DNA of 35,346 bases from an uncultured delta proteobacterium (GTDB lineage Bacteria > Desulfobacterota > Binatia > UBA9968): the NCBI GenBank assembly GCA_963728565.1, contig CAVSLC010000027.1:1-35346 (forward strand), given 5' to 3'. The stretch's first letter is position 1. Each line of letters starts with the position of its first letter. This document shows positions 11,755 through 21,993 of the stretch, one piece after another. The notes under the pieces were generated by a model. It was not told where the DNA came from and did no database searches. It saw only the letters and a program-made list of their open reading frames with translations. Position numbers and translations under genes: made by a program.

Positions 11755-12169
11755 GCGTTTAGAGAAGCGTAAACGGGATACGGAATCGCCAGATGACCCG
11801 AAGCAGTCAGAATTGAATTGATCGACACTTCAGCTCAAATCAGAAAGACTGCTTTGAAGGAGAAATCAATTCAAATCAAGACCAACCGCTGGTGAGCCGC
11901 GCGACTTGCGAGCGTCGCGCTCGAATCTCTTTGTCCTATGAGCATTGATCTTCATTCGGACGCAGTCTTCGAGACTGCGTCGCGACAACGTGCTCGTAGG
12001 AAACCGGAGACGAGCAGTCCAAGAGCTGTTGACAAAGCGATTCGTTCCATCAATCGCCTCCATCGAAATTGATGGCCGAGAGAACTCCGCGGCGCCCGCA
12101 GTATTTGGCCGAATGCTGGTACTGTATTCGGGCGGCTCATGAATGATCGTCCGCTGTCTGATCCCGATA

Positions 12170-12536
12170 ATGGATCTATGAGACCGCGCAGCAAGACTGC
12201 CGAAGACATCGTATTACGTCTACCCTGAAGTCCGGTGAATCTTGCGCCCTTGCCGCGCTGATGGATACTGAACAAAACGGAATGGAAGCGTACTTGTATC
12301 CTTCACGATATTACGACGGAGCCGAACGACTTCGTGCGCGGATACACCGACGGATGCCGCTCATTCTCCACCGGGACGACGAAGATCAATGCTTGGTTGC
12401 ACGCGAATGCTTTCGAATGATTCAATTGCTTGTAAAAGCGTTTTCCGCTGATATCATGGCCGCGCACGAGGTTTCCCGGCGGGTGAATAGCGCGAAACAC
12501 GACGCGCCGGAGTGTAGCGCGCGTTTGGAAGATTAA
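12170..12536 (+). pseudogene. Degraded SOS response-associated peptidase (SRAP/YedK-HMCES family) remnant
   Basis: Fragments across frames: TTEPN, IHRRMPLIL, and HEVSRRVNSAKHDAPEC, matching the SRAP C-terminal IHDRMP...VSxxVN motifs. No intact N-terminal MCGR. Confidence 0.7.
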
Positions 12537-12663
12537 CGCCATGATGAAGAATCATCCAGGCGTTGAAATTGAGATCACGATCAAGATCGCGAAAAATTAG
12601 CTGGAGTTAGCCGCGTCGAGCCAATCGACGAGTGGCGCCATCGAACGTTGACGGAGAAAATCT

Positions 12664-13818
12664 ATGGCAAATATCAGCGGGAAATATTGTATTGTCGGCA
12701 TCGGTGAGACGCTCGTCGGAAAGCGTCCCGACGCCACGACAAACTCGCTCCACCTCGAGGCTATTAAGGCATGCCTCGACGACGCGGCAATCAAAAACTC
12801 GCAAGTCGACGGCCTGCTCACCAACCAGCCGTTGAACGATTCGCACCGAAGTTACGCGGTCAAGCTGGCCCATATGGCGGGCGTCGATCCGCTGTTTGCC
12901 ACGGATCTTGCGCTCGGGGGCGCGACGCCGATCGCCATGGTGCAGCATGCGGCGATGGCGATCGACGCAGGTATGGCGACGACGGTGGTCTGCGTACATG
13001 CGCGCAAGCGCTCGACGCCCGATCCGACCCCGGGACATCCGATCCGGCGCGGCGACGAGCATTGGGAGGAGCCCTGGGGTCACTTCGCCGCGGCCGGCGG
13101 CCACGCCTTTGCGGCGTCGCGCCATATGTACGAATTCGGCACCCGAAGCGAGGATCTGGCCGAGATCGCCATCTCCACGCGCAAGCACGCGAGCCTGAAC
13201 AAAAACGCGACCATGCGCAAACCGATCACTCTGGAAGATCACCAGAACTCGCGCATGATCGTGGCGCCGCTGCGGTTGCTCGACTGTTCTCTCGAATCGG
13301 ACGGCGGCGGCGCGGTGTTGGTGACCAGCGCCGAACGCGCGCGCGACTTTCCGAAGAAGCCGGTGGCAATTCTGGGCATGGGCCAGCATCATCCGCACTT
13401 CAGTCTTTTGGACGCGCCGACACTAACCACGCTGGGCGGAAAAAAATCTTCTGAAATGGCGTACAAGATGAGCGGTCTAGGCCCGAAAGACATGAACTTC
13501 GCCCAGATCTACGACTGTTTCACGATCACGTCGCTTATCACTCTCGAAGACTATGGCTTCTGCAAAAAGGGTGAAGGCAAGGATTTTGTCAAAAACGGCC
13601 GCATCACCATCGGCGGCCAATTGCCGCTCAACACCCACGGTGGGTTGTTGTCGCAGGCCCATCTCGAAGGTCAGCTGCATATCACCGAAGCGGTTAAACA
13701 ATTGCGCCGCAACGAAGTGGAACCGGAGCGCCAGGTGGTCAATGCTCAGGTGGGTATCGTCAGCGGCCACGGCGGCAGTTTAGCAATGCATGCAACATTA
13801 ATCCTGGGGGCAATATGA
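12664..13818 (+). CDS. Thiolase-superfamily protein (SCP2/Ltp2-like, non-canonical)
   Basis: IVGIGET, PLRLLDCSLESDGGGAVLVTS, QIYDCFT, LPLNTHGGLLSQAH. GGAG precedes the ATG. Confidence 0.9.
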   Translation: MANISGKYCIVGIGETLVGKRPDATTNSLHLEAIKACLDDAAIKNSQVDGLLTNQPLNDSHRSYAVKLAHMAGVDPLFATDLALGGATPIAMVQHAAMAIDAGMATTVVCVHARKRSTPDPTPGHPIRRGDEHWEEPWGHFAAAGGHAFAASRHMYEFGTRSEDLAEIAISTRKHASLNKNATMRKPITLEDHQNSRMIVAPLRLLDCSLESDGGGAVLVTSAERARDFPKKPVAILGMGQHHPHFSLLDAPTLTTLGGKKSSEMAYKMSGLGPKDMNFAQIYDCFTITSLITLEDYGFCKKGEGKDFVKNGRITIGGQLPLNTHGGLLSQAHLEGQLHITEAVKQLRRNEVEPERQVVNAQVGIVSGHGGSLAMHATLILGAI

Positions 13819-14246
13819 GCAAAGACGAACGCGGGCGCGCCCCGCGCCGAGGTGAACCTTATCTGGACGAACCGGAAGCTAAACCCTTTTGGGCGGCCTG
13901 TCGGGAGCATAAACTGACCGCGCAGCGCTGCTCCTCATGCAAAAGAGTTTTCGGTTTTCCACCGCAGGCGCTCTGTCCGCATTGCCTGGCGACGAAGCAC
14001 GAATGGGTCACGCTGAGCGGCAAAGGCACGGTGTACTCCCACATCGCTTACCATCGCTCCTGGCATCCGGCCTATCAGGACAAAATTCCCTATAATGTGT
14101 CGTTGGTCGACCTGCAAGAAGGAGGTCGCCTCGTCACTAACGTGATCGGGTGCGCCCCGGAAGAGGTCAAAATCGGCATGCCGGTAGAAGTCGTCTTCGA
14201 AGATTTCCCGGAATACACCCTGCCGAAATTCCGGCCGCTGAAGTAG
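13815..14246 (+). CDS. DUF35 Zn-ribbon/OB-fold protein (acyl-CoA-binding partner of thiolase-like proteins)
   Basis: PFWAAC...QRCSSC...CPHC...SGKGTVYS...PYNVSLVDLQEGGRLVTN...IGMPVEVVF. ATGA overlap with the upstream gene. Confidence 0.92.
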   Translation: MSKDERGRAPRRGEPYLDEPEAKPFWAACREHKLTAQRCSSCKRVFGFPPQALCPHCLATKHEWVTLSGKGTVYSHIAYHRSWHPAYQDKIPYNVSLVDLQEGGRLVTNVIGCAPEEVKIGMPVEVVFEDFPEYTLPKFRPLK

Positions 14247-14251
14247 CGGGA

Positions 14252-15337
14252 TTATTTCTGTTTCTCCGCGATGTAATCTTTCAAGAAGGTGACGATCTCC
14301 GGGGAGATGTCGCTAACCTGCTTGTAGAGTTTGACGCCTTCCTCGCCAAGCTGAAATCTCGGCTGGAAGCGCATCACCTTTTTGGCTTCGGCGATAAACT
14401 CTTCGTCCTTCGATAGCGCCTCGACCGCTTGCCGCATCGCGGCGGCGGCCGCTTCCGGAGAACCGGGCGAGAGTAGAAACGTGCGCTGCATATTGGTGCT
14501 GGACATGTTGGCCGCCTTGAGCGCCTCGTACTTGACGCCCGACGGCGACTTGCCCATCACTTTCCGGTAGAACTGGGTGAAGGGCAGAAGTTCCGGAACG
14601 TCCGCGCTGGGCTTCACCTCGCCCTCGGGAGTGACGAGATCCGTATACCACAATGGCGTAGCCATGCCCGTCTTGACCATCTGCGGCTCCACCTGAGTGC
14701 GATACCCCGGCAGCGTCTCGTCGTGGTACTGAACTTCGTTCCGCTGTACCGCCAGGCGCGCGGTCGAGCTGCTGCTGTAGCCGGTCACGTAGTCGTAAGG
14801 CAGCCCGAGGAGATCGAACGAAAGGCGGAAGCGCACGTCCTTGGAGCTGCCGTTGCTCAAACCTCCTGCCTTGAAACGCTGCGCCTTGACGACGTCCTCC
14901 GGCCGCTTGATGCCGGGCGCCACGTCGGATCTGATGTATGAGACCGAGACGCTTTCGACGGCGCCGATGAACGGATACTTCGCTGCGTCCACGCGCGTCC
15001 CCTCTTTCAATTGGAACCGGAACAGCGCGCCGGTGAAATAGCCCAGGGTCAGGCCGTCAGGTTTGGCAACCTCGCCGAGATAATTCGTCGCGCTGACTCC
15101 CCCACCGCCACCCATGTTCTGCACAACGACGGAGGGCTTTCCCGGTATATGCTTGCTCAGGTGTTTGGCGATAATCCGTCCTTCGACGTCGGTCGGACCT
15201 CCAGCGGCATAGTTAATGAGCACGGTTAGCGTCTTGTCCTCATAAAAGGCTTTCTCGGCGGCGATAACCCTTGTTACGATGCTGAGCATGAAAAAGGCGA
15301 CAAGTATCATGCATTTTGGCCAGCGACCTGTTTTCAT
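14252..15337 (-). CDS. TctC/Bug family substrate-binding protein
   Basis: FYEDKTLTVLINYAAGGPTDVEGRIIAKHL...VVQNMGGGGG...KPDGLTL. GAGGAG precedes the ATG at 15337, which is followed by a signal peptide. Confidence 0.9.
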   Translation of the reverse strand: MKTGRWPKCMILVAFFMLSIVTRVIAAEKAFYEDKTLTVLINYAAGGPTDVEGRIIAKHLSKHIPGKPSVVVQNMGGGGGVSATNYLGEVAKPDGLTLGYFTGALFRFQLKEGTRVDAAKYPFIGAVESVSVSYIRSDVAPGIKRPEDVVKAQRFKAGGLSNGSSKDVRFRLSFDLLGLPYDYVTGYSSSSTARLAVQRNEVQYHDETLPGYRTQVEPQMVKTGMATPLWYTDLVTPEGEVKPSADVPELLPFTQFYRKVMGKSPSGVKYEALKAANMSSTNMQRTFLLSPGSPEAAAAAMRQAVEALSKDEEFIAEAKKVMRFQPRFQLGEEGVKLYKQVSDISPEIVTFLKDYIAEKQK

Positions 15338-15852
15338 TGGAGTTCTCCTCGTCAAGTAAGGAAGTCTGAGGGAGCCGTTCTTTGTCATACCCCGGTATGT
15401 GCAATGTTCTGTTGAAAACTGCATCCCTAGTTTCATCTCCTTCTGTCCTCCTGGAATAGGCGCATCACGCAGTAGAAATTTAGATTAGGGTAGTAGAATC
15501 TATTTTAGTTGGTTGTGGATGAGGCATCACGTTCAATTCTAAGTACATTGAACAGTATATTACCGGTCTGTAGAGAACTTAATTGGCCGACCTTTACCCT
15601 TAAACCGACGCCTCGTCAACCGATTTTCACTCGCAATGTTTCCAAACTGGTACAACCTGTATAGCGCAGTCGGATGCATATCGCTGTTGCGTGGCATGAT
15701 TGAACTGAACAACGCATCCGTGCAAACTCCCAAATTGCGATCTCTTTATGCTTCTACTAGCAAGAGCCTGCTTGCGAGCTTTTCACCGATGCCGACTAAT
15801 TACGGGCCGACTACTAGTCGGTGAACGGGCTGCTAACACTCAGAGCCCGCCT

Positions 15853-16661
15853 ATGCTGATAAAGATATTTCTCGTCCTGAGCAGCATCTCTCCATACCTG
15901 AAGAAGTTGCTGTGGAGGCAATGGTATCAATTTTTGGCTAGTCACTATCAGACCAAAGCGTGGTCGTTCATGAATTACGGCTATACGCCAATAGACGATC
16001 AGTTTGAGACGCTAAGTTGAACGAAGCAGATGAGCCTGACCGTTATGCCATCCAGTTATATCATCACGTCGCCAGTGCGGTAGATTTACGGAACCTGGAC
16101 GTGCTGGAAATCGGCAGCGGGCGCGGCGGAGGCGCATCGTATGTTGCACGGTATTTGAAACCCAAAGCGTTGACCGGTGTGGATTTTTCAGACAGCGCCA
16201 TTCAGTTCTGCAAGCACGCTCATGCCGCTGACGGCCTGTCATTCATCAAGGGAGACGCTGAATCACTGCCTTTTGATGCCGCAAGTTTTGATGCGGTAAT
16301 CAACATTGAATCGTCGCATTGTTATGGTTCCGTAGAAACTTTTCTTGCAAATGCGAAAAGAGTGCTTCGTCAAAATGGATATTTTCTTTACGCTGATTTT
16401 CGCGACAAAAATGATGTTGGACTGTTACAGAGTCAGATGGAGAAATCGGGCATGAAGATTCTCAAACGAGAAGATATTACAGCGAACGTTCTCAGGTCAT
16501 TGGATCTGGACGATCAACGGAAACTTATACTTATTCGAGCTCTGTTTCGGGATTGGCTACTGAAGCCATTTCAAGAATTCGCCGGGGTGAAAGGTTCGAA
16601 GATCTATTCCGCGTTCCAGAGTGGCACGATGATTTACCTGCGTTATGTTCTGCAGAAATAA
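15853..16661 (+). CDS. Class I SAM-dependent methyltransferase resembling phthiotriol/fatty-acid O-methyltransferases (frameshift near 16015)
   Basis: WRQWYQ..FMNYGY in the first frame, then DRYAIQLYHHVA..VLEIGSGRGGGASY..GDAESLPF..FDAVINIESSHCY in the second frame. Confidence 0.8.
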
Positions 16662-16779
16662 CCGGCAGGCAGACAAACGAGAAACCGTGGCATATCACAC
16701 CTCCGGGAAATTGTAGTTCGATAATTATGAACTAAGACGATTTCCTCTATACACGATTCTTCTGCTCGTCCTACTTCTC

Positions 16780-16947
16780 GCAGGCTGGTGAAAAGGCCCC
16801 TATGATTGCTGCGCTCAATCGCTTCGCTGCAACGTTTTATAAGCACGCCGCTAGTCGATTTTTCGCGGGCTTCGCCTTTGATCTTTTTTGAGCAGTCCGC
16901 TTCAAGCAGCGTCGTCTCCTTGTGAGAGTATTTCAACAAGTAGTAAG
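16780..16947 (-). mobile_element. MITE-like repeat, copy A
   Basis: GCAGGCTGGTGAAAAGG...GCGCTCAATCGC...TTTTTTGAGCAGTCCGC...TTTCAACAAG. Reverse-complement homolog of the element at 33819-33977. Confidence 0.7.
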
Positions 16948-17062
16948 TAATTGACCCCGCCCTATTCCCGTTTTTGAATTTGCAATGGAATTGGTGTTCG
17001 TCGTACGTTAAGGCAAAAGTCCGAGGCGGAGCAAGTTCGGACTTCAGTCAGAAGAGAGATTC

Positions 17063-18172
17063 ATGGAGGTGCATTTGGAACAGAAGCTCATCGATGCTGA
17101 TGGTCACGTGCTCGAAGACGAGACTCTCATGGATTTCCTGGAGGAACCCTATCGCAGCTGCAAAGCCCAGGGTGGAATCATCGGACCGATACGTAACGTT
17201 CTGGGCAATGTATTTCCAACTCTGGATTTTCTCCACCTGGCCACCTTCAAGCGCAGCGAGCGGGCCTTTGGCGGCGGTAAGCGTGTCGGTCCAGATCAGT
17301 GGCTGGAGTTTCTCGATGTAGCGAACTTTGAATATGCGTTTCTCTATCCAACCGTCGGACTCGCCATGGGCAATATCGTTCATCCGGATTGGGCATGCGT
17401 GGTCGCGCGGGCTTACAACAACTGGATTCACGACCGCTACATGAAGCGCAGCCCGCGTCTTAAAGGGATCGCGCTCCTTCCCATGCAAGACGTGAGCGAG
17501 GCGGTCAATGAGTTGCACCGCGCGGTCAAGGAGCTTGGCATGCCTGGAGCGATGCTACCCTCCCGCGGCTTGCCTTTCGATCTAGGGCATCGGACCTACT
17601 GGCCGGTCTATGCGGAAGCCGAGAAGTTGGGTTGCGCGCTCGCCGTCCACGGCGGCTGTCATCACGGGATGGGTCTTGACACCTTTGAGACATTCGTGCC
17701 GATCCACGGACTAGGCCATCCGCTTTCCTTGATCATCGCCTTCTCGGGTATGGTCTATCACGGCGTGTTCAATGAATATCCGCGGCTGCGAGTCGGCTTT
17801 CTCGAAGGTGGCGCCGCCTGGGCGACTTTCTGGATGGATCGAATCGATCGTTCGCATCACTACTTTGGCGAGTTGAATAGGCAGGGGAGATACAAGGGGC
17901 CGTCCATGCAGCAAAAGCCCAGCGAATATCTCAAGAGCGATAATGTTTTCATCGGCTGTGAGGGTGGTGAGGAGGGGCTGGATTATCAAATCAGGCGGAC
18001 GGGAAACTCCCACTTCCTTTTTGCCAGCGATTTTCCCCACGAGATCGGGCCTGAAGATATCCTGCACGAAATTGAAGAGGTGCAAGAATACCCGGGTCTC
18101 AGCGACGAGGACAAGGCGGCTATTCTCGGCGGCAACGCAAGACGATTCTACCAGGTTCCTCAAGGGCAATAA
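17063..18172 (+). CDS. Amidohydrolase_2 family metallo-hydrolase/decarboxylase
   Basis: IDADGHVLE, ARAYNNW, AVHGG, VGFLEGG, FASDFPH, ILGGNARRFY. Confidence 0.9.
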   Translation: MEVHLEQKLIDADGHVLEDETLMDFLEEPYRSCKAQGGIIGPIRNVLGNVFPTLDFLHLATFKRSERAFGGGKRVGPDQWLEFLDVANFEYAFLYPTVGLAMGNIVHPDWACVVARAYNNWIHDRYMKRSPRLKGIALLPMQDVSEAVNELHRAVKELGMPGAMLPSRGLPFDLGHRTYWPVYAEAEKLGCALAVHGGCHHGMGLDTFETFVPIHGLGHPLSLIIAFSGMVYHGVFNEYPRLRVGFLEGGAAWATFWMDRIDRSHHYFGELNRQGRYKGPSMQQKPSEYLKSDNVFIGCEGGEEGLDYQIRRTGNSHFLFASDFPHEIGPEDILHEIEEVQEYPGLSDEDKAAILGGNARRFYQVPQGQ

Positions 18173-18347
18173 TGGCGCGACCAGTAAAAGATCCACGGTG
18201 GAGTTTCCGTTTGTCGGCGCGCTCGGCGGTTGCCACCGTCATCCAGTCAGGAGGTCGTGCTGAGACAAGGATGCGGATTATGGGAGCGCATGTACGGATC
18301 GAAAGAGACTCAATCATCGAGGAAACCGCACTCGAATAGGAGGGCGT

Positions 18348-19388
18348 ATGGGAAAACGAAATATCCGCTTCCGGACAGCGCTCATCTTATGGGCATTGTT
18401 TTCGTTTTATCTTGCGGCACCGGTTAGGGGAGCCAAGATCGACTGCGGGCCGGTGACCAATACCAGTAACGACCTACCGCGCACAGCCGCTATAGGAACA
18501 AACCCTGCCGGTACCGGAGCGCACTCGCTCGGGAGCGGTCTTGCCGCGGTCGGCAGCAACACGACGCCTATCTCCGTGCGGGTCCAGCCGTATAACGGTC
18601 CCAATGCCTGGATGCCGGTCCTCCAGGGCGGTGAGATTGAGTTCGGCATCATGAACATCCTCGACGCCAAGATGGCGCAAACCGGCACAGGCAATTATAA
18701 AAGACCAAACCCGGAGGTCCGTGTAGTATCCGGAGGCGTATTCCCATTTACCGTAGGCTGGTTTGTCCGGGATAAGTCAGACATCAAAGAGACTAAAGAT
18801 CTGAAGGGCAGACGCATGGCCTGGGATTACGGCGGTCATGCCATCACACAGTCATTGCAGCTAATCTTCCTGGAGGCCGGAGGCGTCAAGCCAACGGATC
18901 TCATCCAGGTGCGGGTTTCGAATATCAACGACGGCGCCAGGGGTGTCGCCGAGGGAAAGATCGATGTAGCTGAAACAGGGATCGGAATTGGACTGGTGGA
19001 GGAAGTGAATGCCGCGGAGCCGGTTCGTTTTCTCAGCTTGCCCAATACCGATACGGCGAAGGCGATTCTGGCGAAATCCGGTGTTAGCTTAGTCAAGTCC
19101 GACCCGGTGACCGGAATTAAAGGCGATACTTACGTGATTGGTTATCCGCTTCATCTTGTGAGTTCTACAAAGGTCAGCGAGAAAACCGTATATACCCTGG
19201 TGAAAGCCTGGTGGGAAAACTTGAGCGAGCTACAAACCAAGCACCCACTGTTTAAGAAGTGGACGAAGGAAATGCAGGCGCTAACGAACTTTACGGTCCC
19301 CTATCATCCCGGCGCCATCAGGTTTTATAAAGAAGTAGGGGTCTGGACCTCTGTCCACGAATCTCGCATGAAGGAAATCTGCCAGTAA
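18348..19388 (+). CDS. TAXI-family TRAP solute-binding subunit
   Basis: IGTNPAGTG, DLKGRR, VYTLVK, and the C-terminal VPYHPGAIRFYKEVG motif. AGGAGG SD and a signal peptide. Confidence 0.88.
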   Translation: MGKRNIRFRTALILWALFSFYLAAPVRGAKIDCGPVTNTSNDLPRTAAIGTNPAGTGAHSLGSGLAAVGSNTTPISVRVQPYNGPNAWMPVLQGGEIEFGIMNILDAKMAQTGTGNYKRPNPEVRVVSGGVFPFTVGWFVRDKSDIKETKDLKGRRMAWDYGGHAITQSLQLIFLEAGGVKPTDLIQVRVSNINDGARGVAEGKIDVAETGIGIGLVEEVNAAEPVRFLSLPNTDTAKAILAKSGVSLVKSDPVTGIKGDTYVIGYPLHLVSSTKVSEKTVYTLVKAWWENLSELQTKHPLFKKWTKEMQALTNFTVPYHPGAIRFYKEVGVWTSVHESRMKEICQ

Positions 19389-19970
19389 GAGCGGCCGTGC
19401 TACATAGTAAAAAAGGTCTCCGAAACGTACCTATATTATGTTCTGCAGAAGTGAATACCAGCCAGAGATCTTTTCGTGCTAGAGCATCCGACTTTAAAGC
19501 TGAACCCCTTGGCAGCTCTCCAAACCCGTCAAGCAAAGTTGCCTCGAAGCTTACGAAAGGCAAGCCCGATAAGTGATCGCGGCCGGCATGGCCGCTCGGC
19601 AGTACGCCTCGGCAACTCGGGCGCGGTCTGCCGGACCGGAATCTAAAAACCTATAGCCCGTCGTGATGCAGCCGATGATAGATCAGCTGTGGTTGCTAGG
19701 CCCCTGGCGGCAGCCGAATCTCCTGGACATGCAGAGTTCCAGTTGCGGTCGACTGTATACGCTTGGATCGCGGCGTAAACGGAAGGAACACCGGTCGAGC
19801 TATTTTCTTGGCTTCTTGGTTCCAGGCGCAAGATACCCTCGTGAAAATCACCTGATAGGGTTCGCACTCGCTCGCAAAAACGGCACGTAGCTTGCGCTAG
19901 AGTTCGGTCATCACGACAGTGTAAACCCGGCACGCACTCCTCGATACGACCTGAACTCAAGGAGGGCAAA

Positions 19971-20456
19971 ATGGCGGATTCTATTCTAGTCGCTCTTGAC
20001 GAAACCCAGCACATCCAGCGCTTCATGCCCCACCTGAAATCGACCGCTCGGCCGGGAGACAAGATTATCTTTCTCATACGCACCGCGACATCAACCTGGG
20101 GCGAGGTGGAAACTCATCTGCCCATGGTCGCAACCGGCAACATAACCTCGCGGGAATACCGGGGAAGCGCATGGCGATTCAACGTCGGCCAAGAAAAACA
20201 GAAAGCAGAACGCAACTTGGAGTCGATCTGCGAAACGCTCCGGCGCAAGGGGATTAACGCAGAAATTAAGATGTATGCAGGCGGATTGAGCAAAGCAGTG
20301 CGAGAATGCGCAAAATCAGGCGCTACTCGCTTGATTATGATGCCGGCGAATTACCCAAGGATCCAGGTGGTAAAGGTCTTTTTAGCTGCGCTGAAATTAT
20401 TCAACCATCACATGCCCGCGGTAGCGTTGCTGCCTCCCAGGTATGTCGAGCGATGA
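19971..20456 (+). CDS. Universal stress protein-like protein
   Basis: N-terminal ILVALD, Usp-like size and pattern (LESICETLRRKGINAE..LIMM), AAGGAGG SD. The ATP-binding motif is degenerate. Confidence 0.6.
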   Translation: MADSILVALDETQHIQRFMPHLKSTARPGDKIIFLIRTATSTWGEVETHLPMVATGNITSREYRGSAWRFNVGQEKQKAERNLESICETLRRKGINAEIKMYAGGLSKAVRECAKSGATRLIMMPANYPRIQVVKVFLAALKLFNHHMPAVALLPPRYVER

Positions 20457-20585
20457 TGTCGACAGTTGCTTGGATGAAAGCTAATGCCTGGGCGAATCTA
20501 GTTCGGACACCTCCCTTACCGAGATGTGGCCCAGCCCATCTCGCATGACATTCGTGTGCTCTCGGGTACTGACTTCTCGGTCAAT

Positions 20586-21989
20586 TTAATTATCCAAGGC
20601 CGACTGCGATGCGCTTTCTCCGGCCAAGATTCCGGTCACCAGCGCTTGCATCAAACCGCCGGTGTAGCCGCCGCGATAGCCGCCCATCAGCCCGCCGATG
20701 GCGTCCCCGGCAGCGTAGAGGCCGTGAATCGGCTTCTCGGCTTCGTTCAAAACCTCGGCGCGTCCACTCACCAGGATGCCGCCCATCGTGAAAGTAATGC
20801 CGGGAACGACTCGCAAACCATAGAATGGCGCGCGCAGCGGTCTCGGCATGCCGGTGCGCGGGATATTTAACGCGCTGGGATTATTCGAGCCGACGGCGCG
20901 ATTATAATCGTCGAGCGTCGTAGCAAGCCGCTGATCATCGACACCGAGGATTTTCGCCAATCCCTCGATCGATGAATGTTTGTAAATCTCACCGTCTTTA
21001 TCGAGAAGCCAGGGATTGGGCGCGGGCGTGTTCACTGAATTCGAGACCGCATCGGCTTTTGCCGCGTGCCAGCTTTGCTGATCGAAGATGAGAACCGCCC
21101 CAGTCACGTCATCCAATCGCGCCAACTCGTTTGCCAGCGCGACATCGCCCCGGCCCTCATCGATAAAGCGTTGACCAACGCGGTCAACGAGAATTCCTTC
21201 ATCGACGAAAGAGTCCAAACGAGGGTAAGGCCAAAACCGGTCATCCGTGAGAGCTTTTCGCGACAACAAATGGCCGTAAAAATATTTGAGATTGACCGCC
21301 TTGGCGCCGACTTCGAGAGCCATGCGCAAGCCATCGCCGGTGCATTGCTTGGAGCCCCGCAGCTTACATTCATCGGCGCGAGCTCCGATGTATTTCTTCA
21401 CCAGTTCCTTATTTGCGCTGAAGCCGCCTGTACAGAGCACGATTGCGCCAGCCCGCAGTTCGATCTGTTCGCCCGCCCGTGTGCCGATGACTCCGCAGAT
21501 CCGACCACTTTCATGGATCAATTTTTCTCCTGTGATGCCGCTTACGTAGCTTCCGCCAAGTTGGTTCAGACGCTTTTTGAGACTGGCGAGCGCGCGAGTG
21601 CCGACATCTTTCTTGTAAACCGGCGCGAGCGAGACCTCCCCAGCCTGATCCAGCCAAACTCTGCCGGCCGAGCTTTCATTGACTTTAACCCCGCTGCTAA
21701 TCAACCAGTCGAGCGCGCCTCCGCAGGTCAGCGACCAGGCTTTGACAAGGTCGGGATAACCGACGCCTTCGGACATGACAGATTCATACAATTCCCTCGA
21801 ACTCGTCCGCGGACTCTTGCCGCCTGCGCGCAAACTCCCGGAAGCCATCAGAATATTGCCATCGCCGAACGGGCCGTTGCTTTTATCGGTCAAGAGGACT
21901 TTTGCGCCTTTCTCAGCGGCGCGAACGGCGGCCGTGAAACCGGCTAGTCCGGCACCGACGACAAGAATATCAGTCGATAAGATTTCCAT
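20586..21989 (-). CDS. FAD-dependent oxidoreductase, FAD_binding_2 (fumarate-reductase flavoprotein/TcuA-like)
   Basis: DILVVGAGLAG, LCTGGFSAN, TGDGLRMA, GITFTMGG, GLYAAG. Substrate unknown. Confidence 0.88.
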   Translation of the reverse strand: MEILSTDILVVGAGLAGFTAAVRAAEKGAKVLLTDKSNGPFGDGNILMASGSLRAGGKSPRTSSRELYESVMSEGVGYPDLVKAWSLTCGGALDWLISSGVKVNESSAGRVWLDQAGEVSLAPVYKKDVGTRALASLKKRLNQLGGSYVSGITGEKLIHESGRICGVIGTRAGEQIELRAGAIVLCTGGFSANKELVKKYIGARADECKLRGSKQCTGDGLRMALEVGAKAVNLKYFYGHLLSRKALTDDRFWPYPRLDSFVDEGILVDRVGQRFIDEGRGDVALANELARLDDVTGAVLIFDQQSWHAAKADAVSNSVNTPAPNPWLLDKDGEIYKHSSIEGLAKILGVDDQRLATTLDDYNRAVGSNNPSALNIPRTGMPRPLRAPFYGLRVVPGITFTMGGILVSGRAEVLNEAEKPIHGLYAAGDAIGGLMGGYRGGYTGGLMQALVTGILAGESASQSALDN

Positions 21990-21993
21990 GGCG

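Noticed and set aside
15636-15824. 62-aa ORF upstream of the methyltransferase
   Set aside because: No SD or recognisable homology. It may be decayed sequence.
19390-19960. Long intergenic region with small ORFs (19663-19890 and others)
   Set aside because: No recognisable motif, SD or RNA family, so I cannot support a call.
21066-21947. 293-aa plus-strand ORF and similar long antisense ORFs (12607-13398, 26673-27308, 33084-33731)
   Set aside because: These are typical high-GC antisense shadows of well-supported genes.
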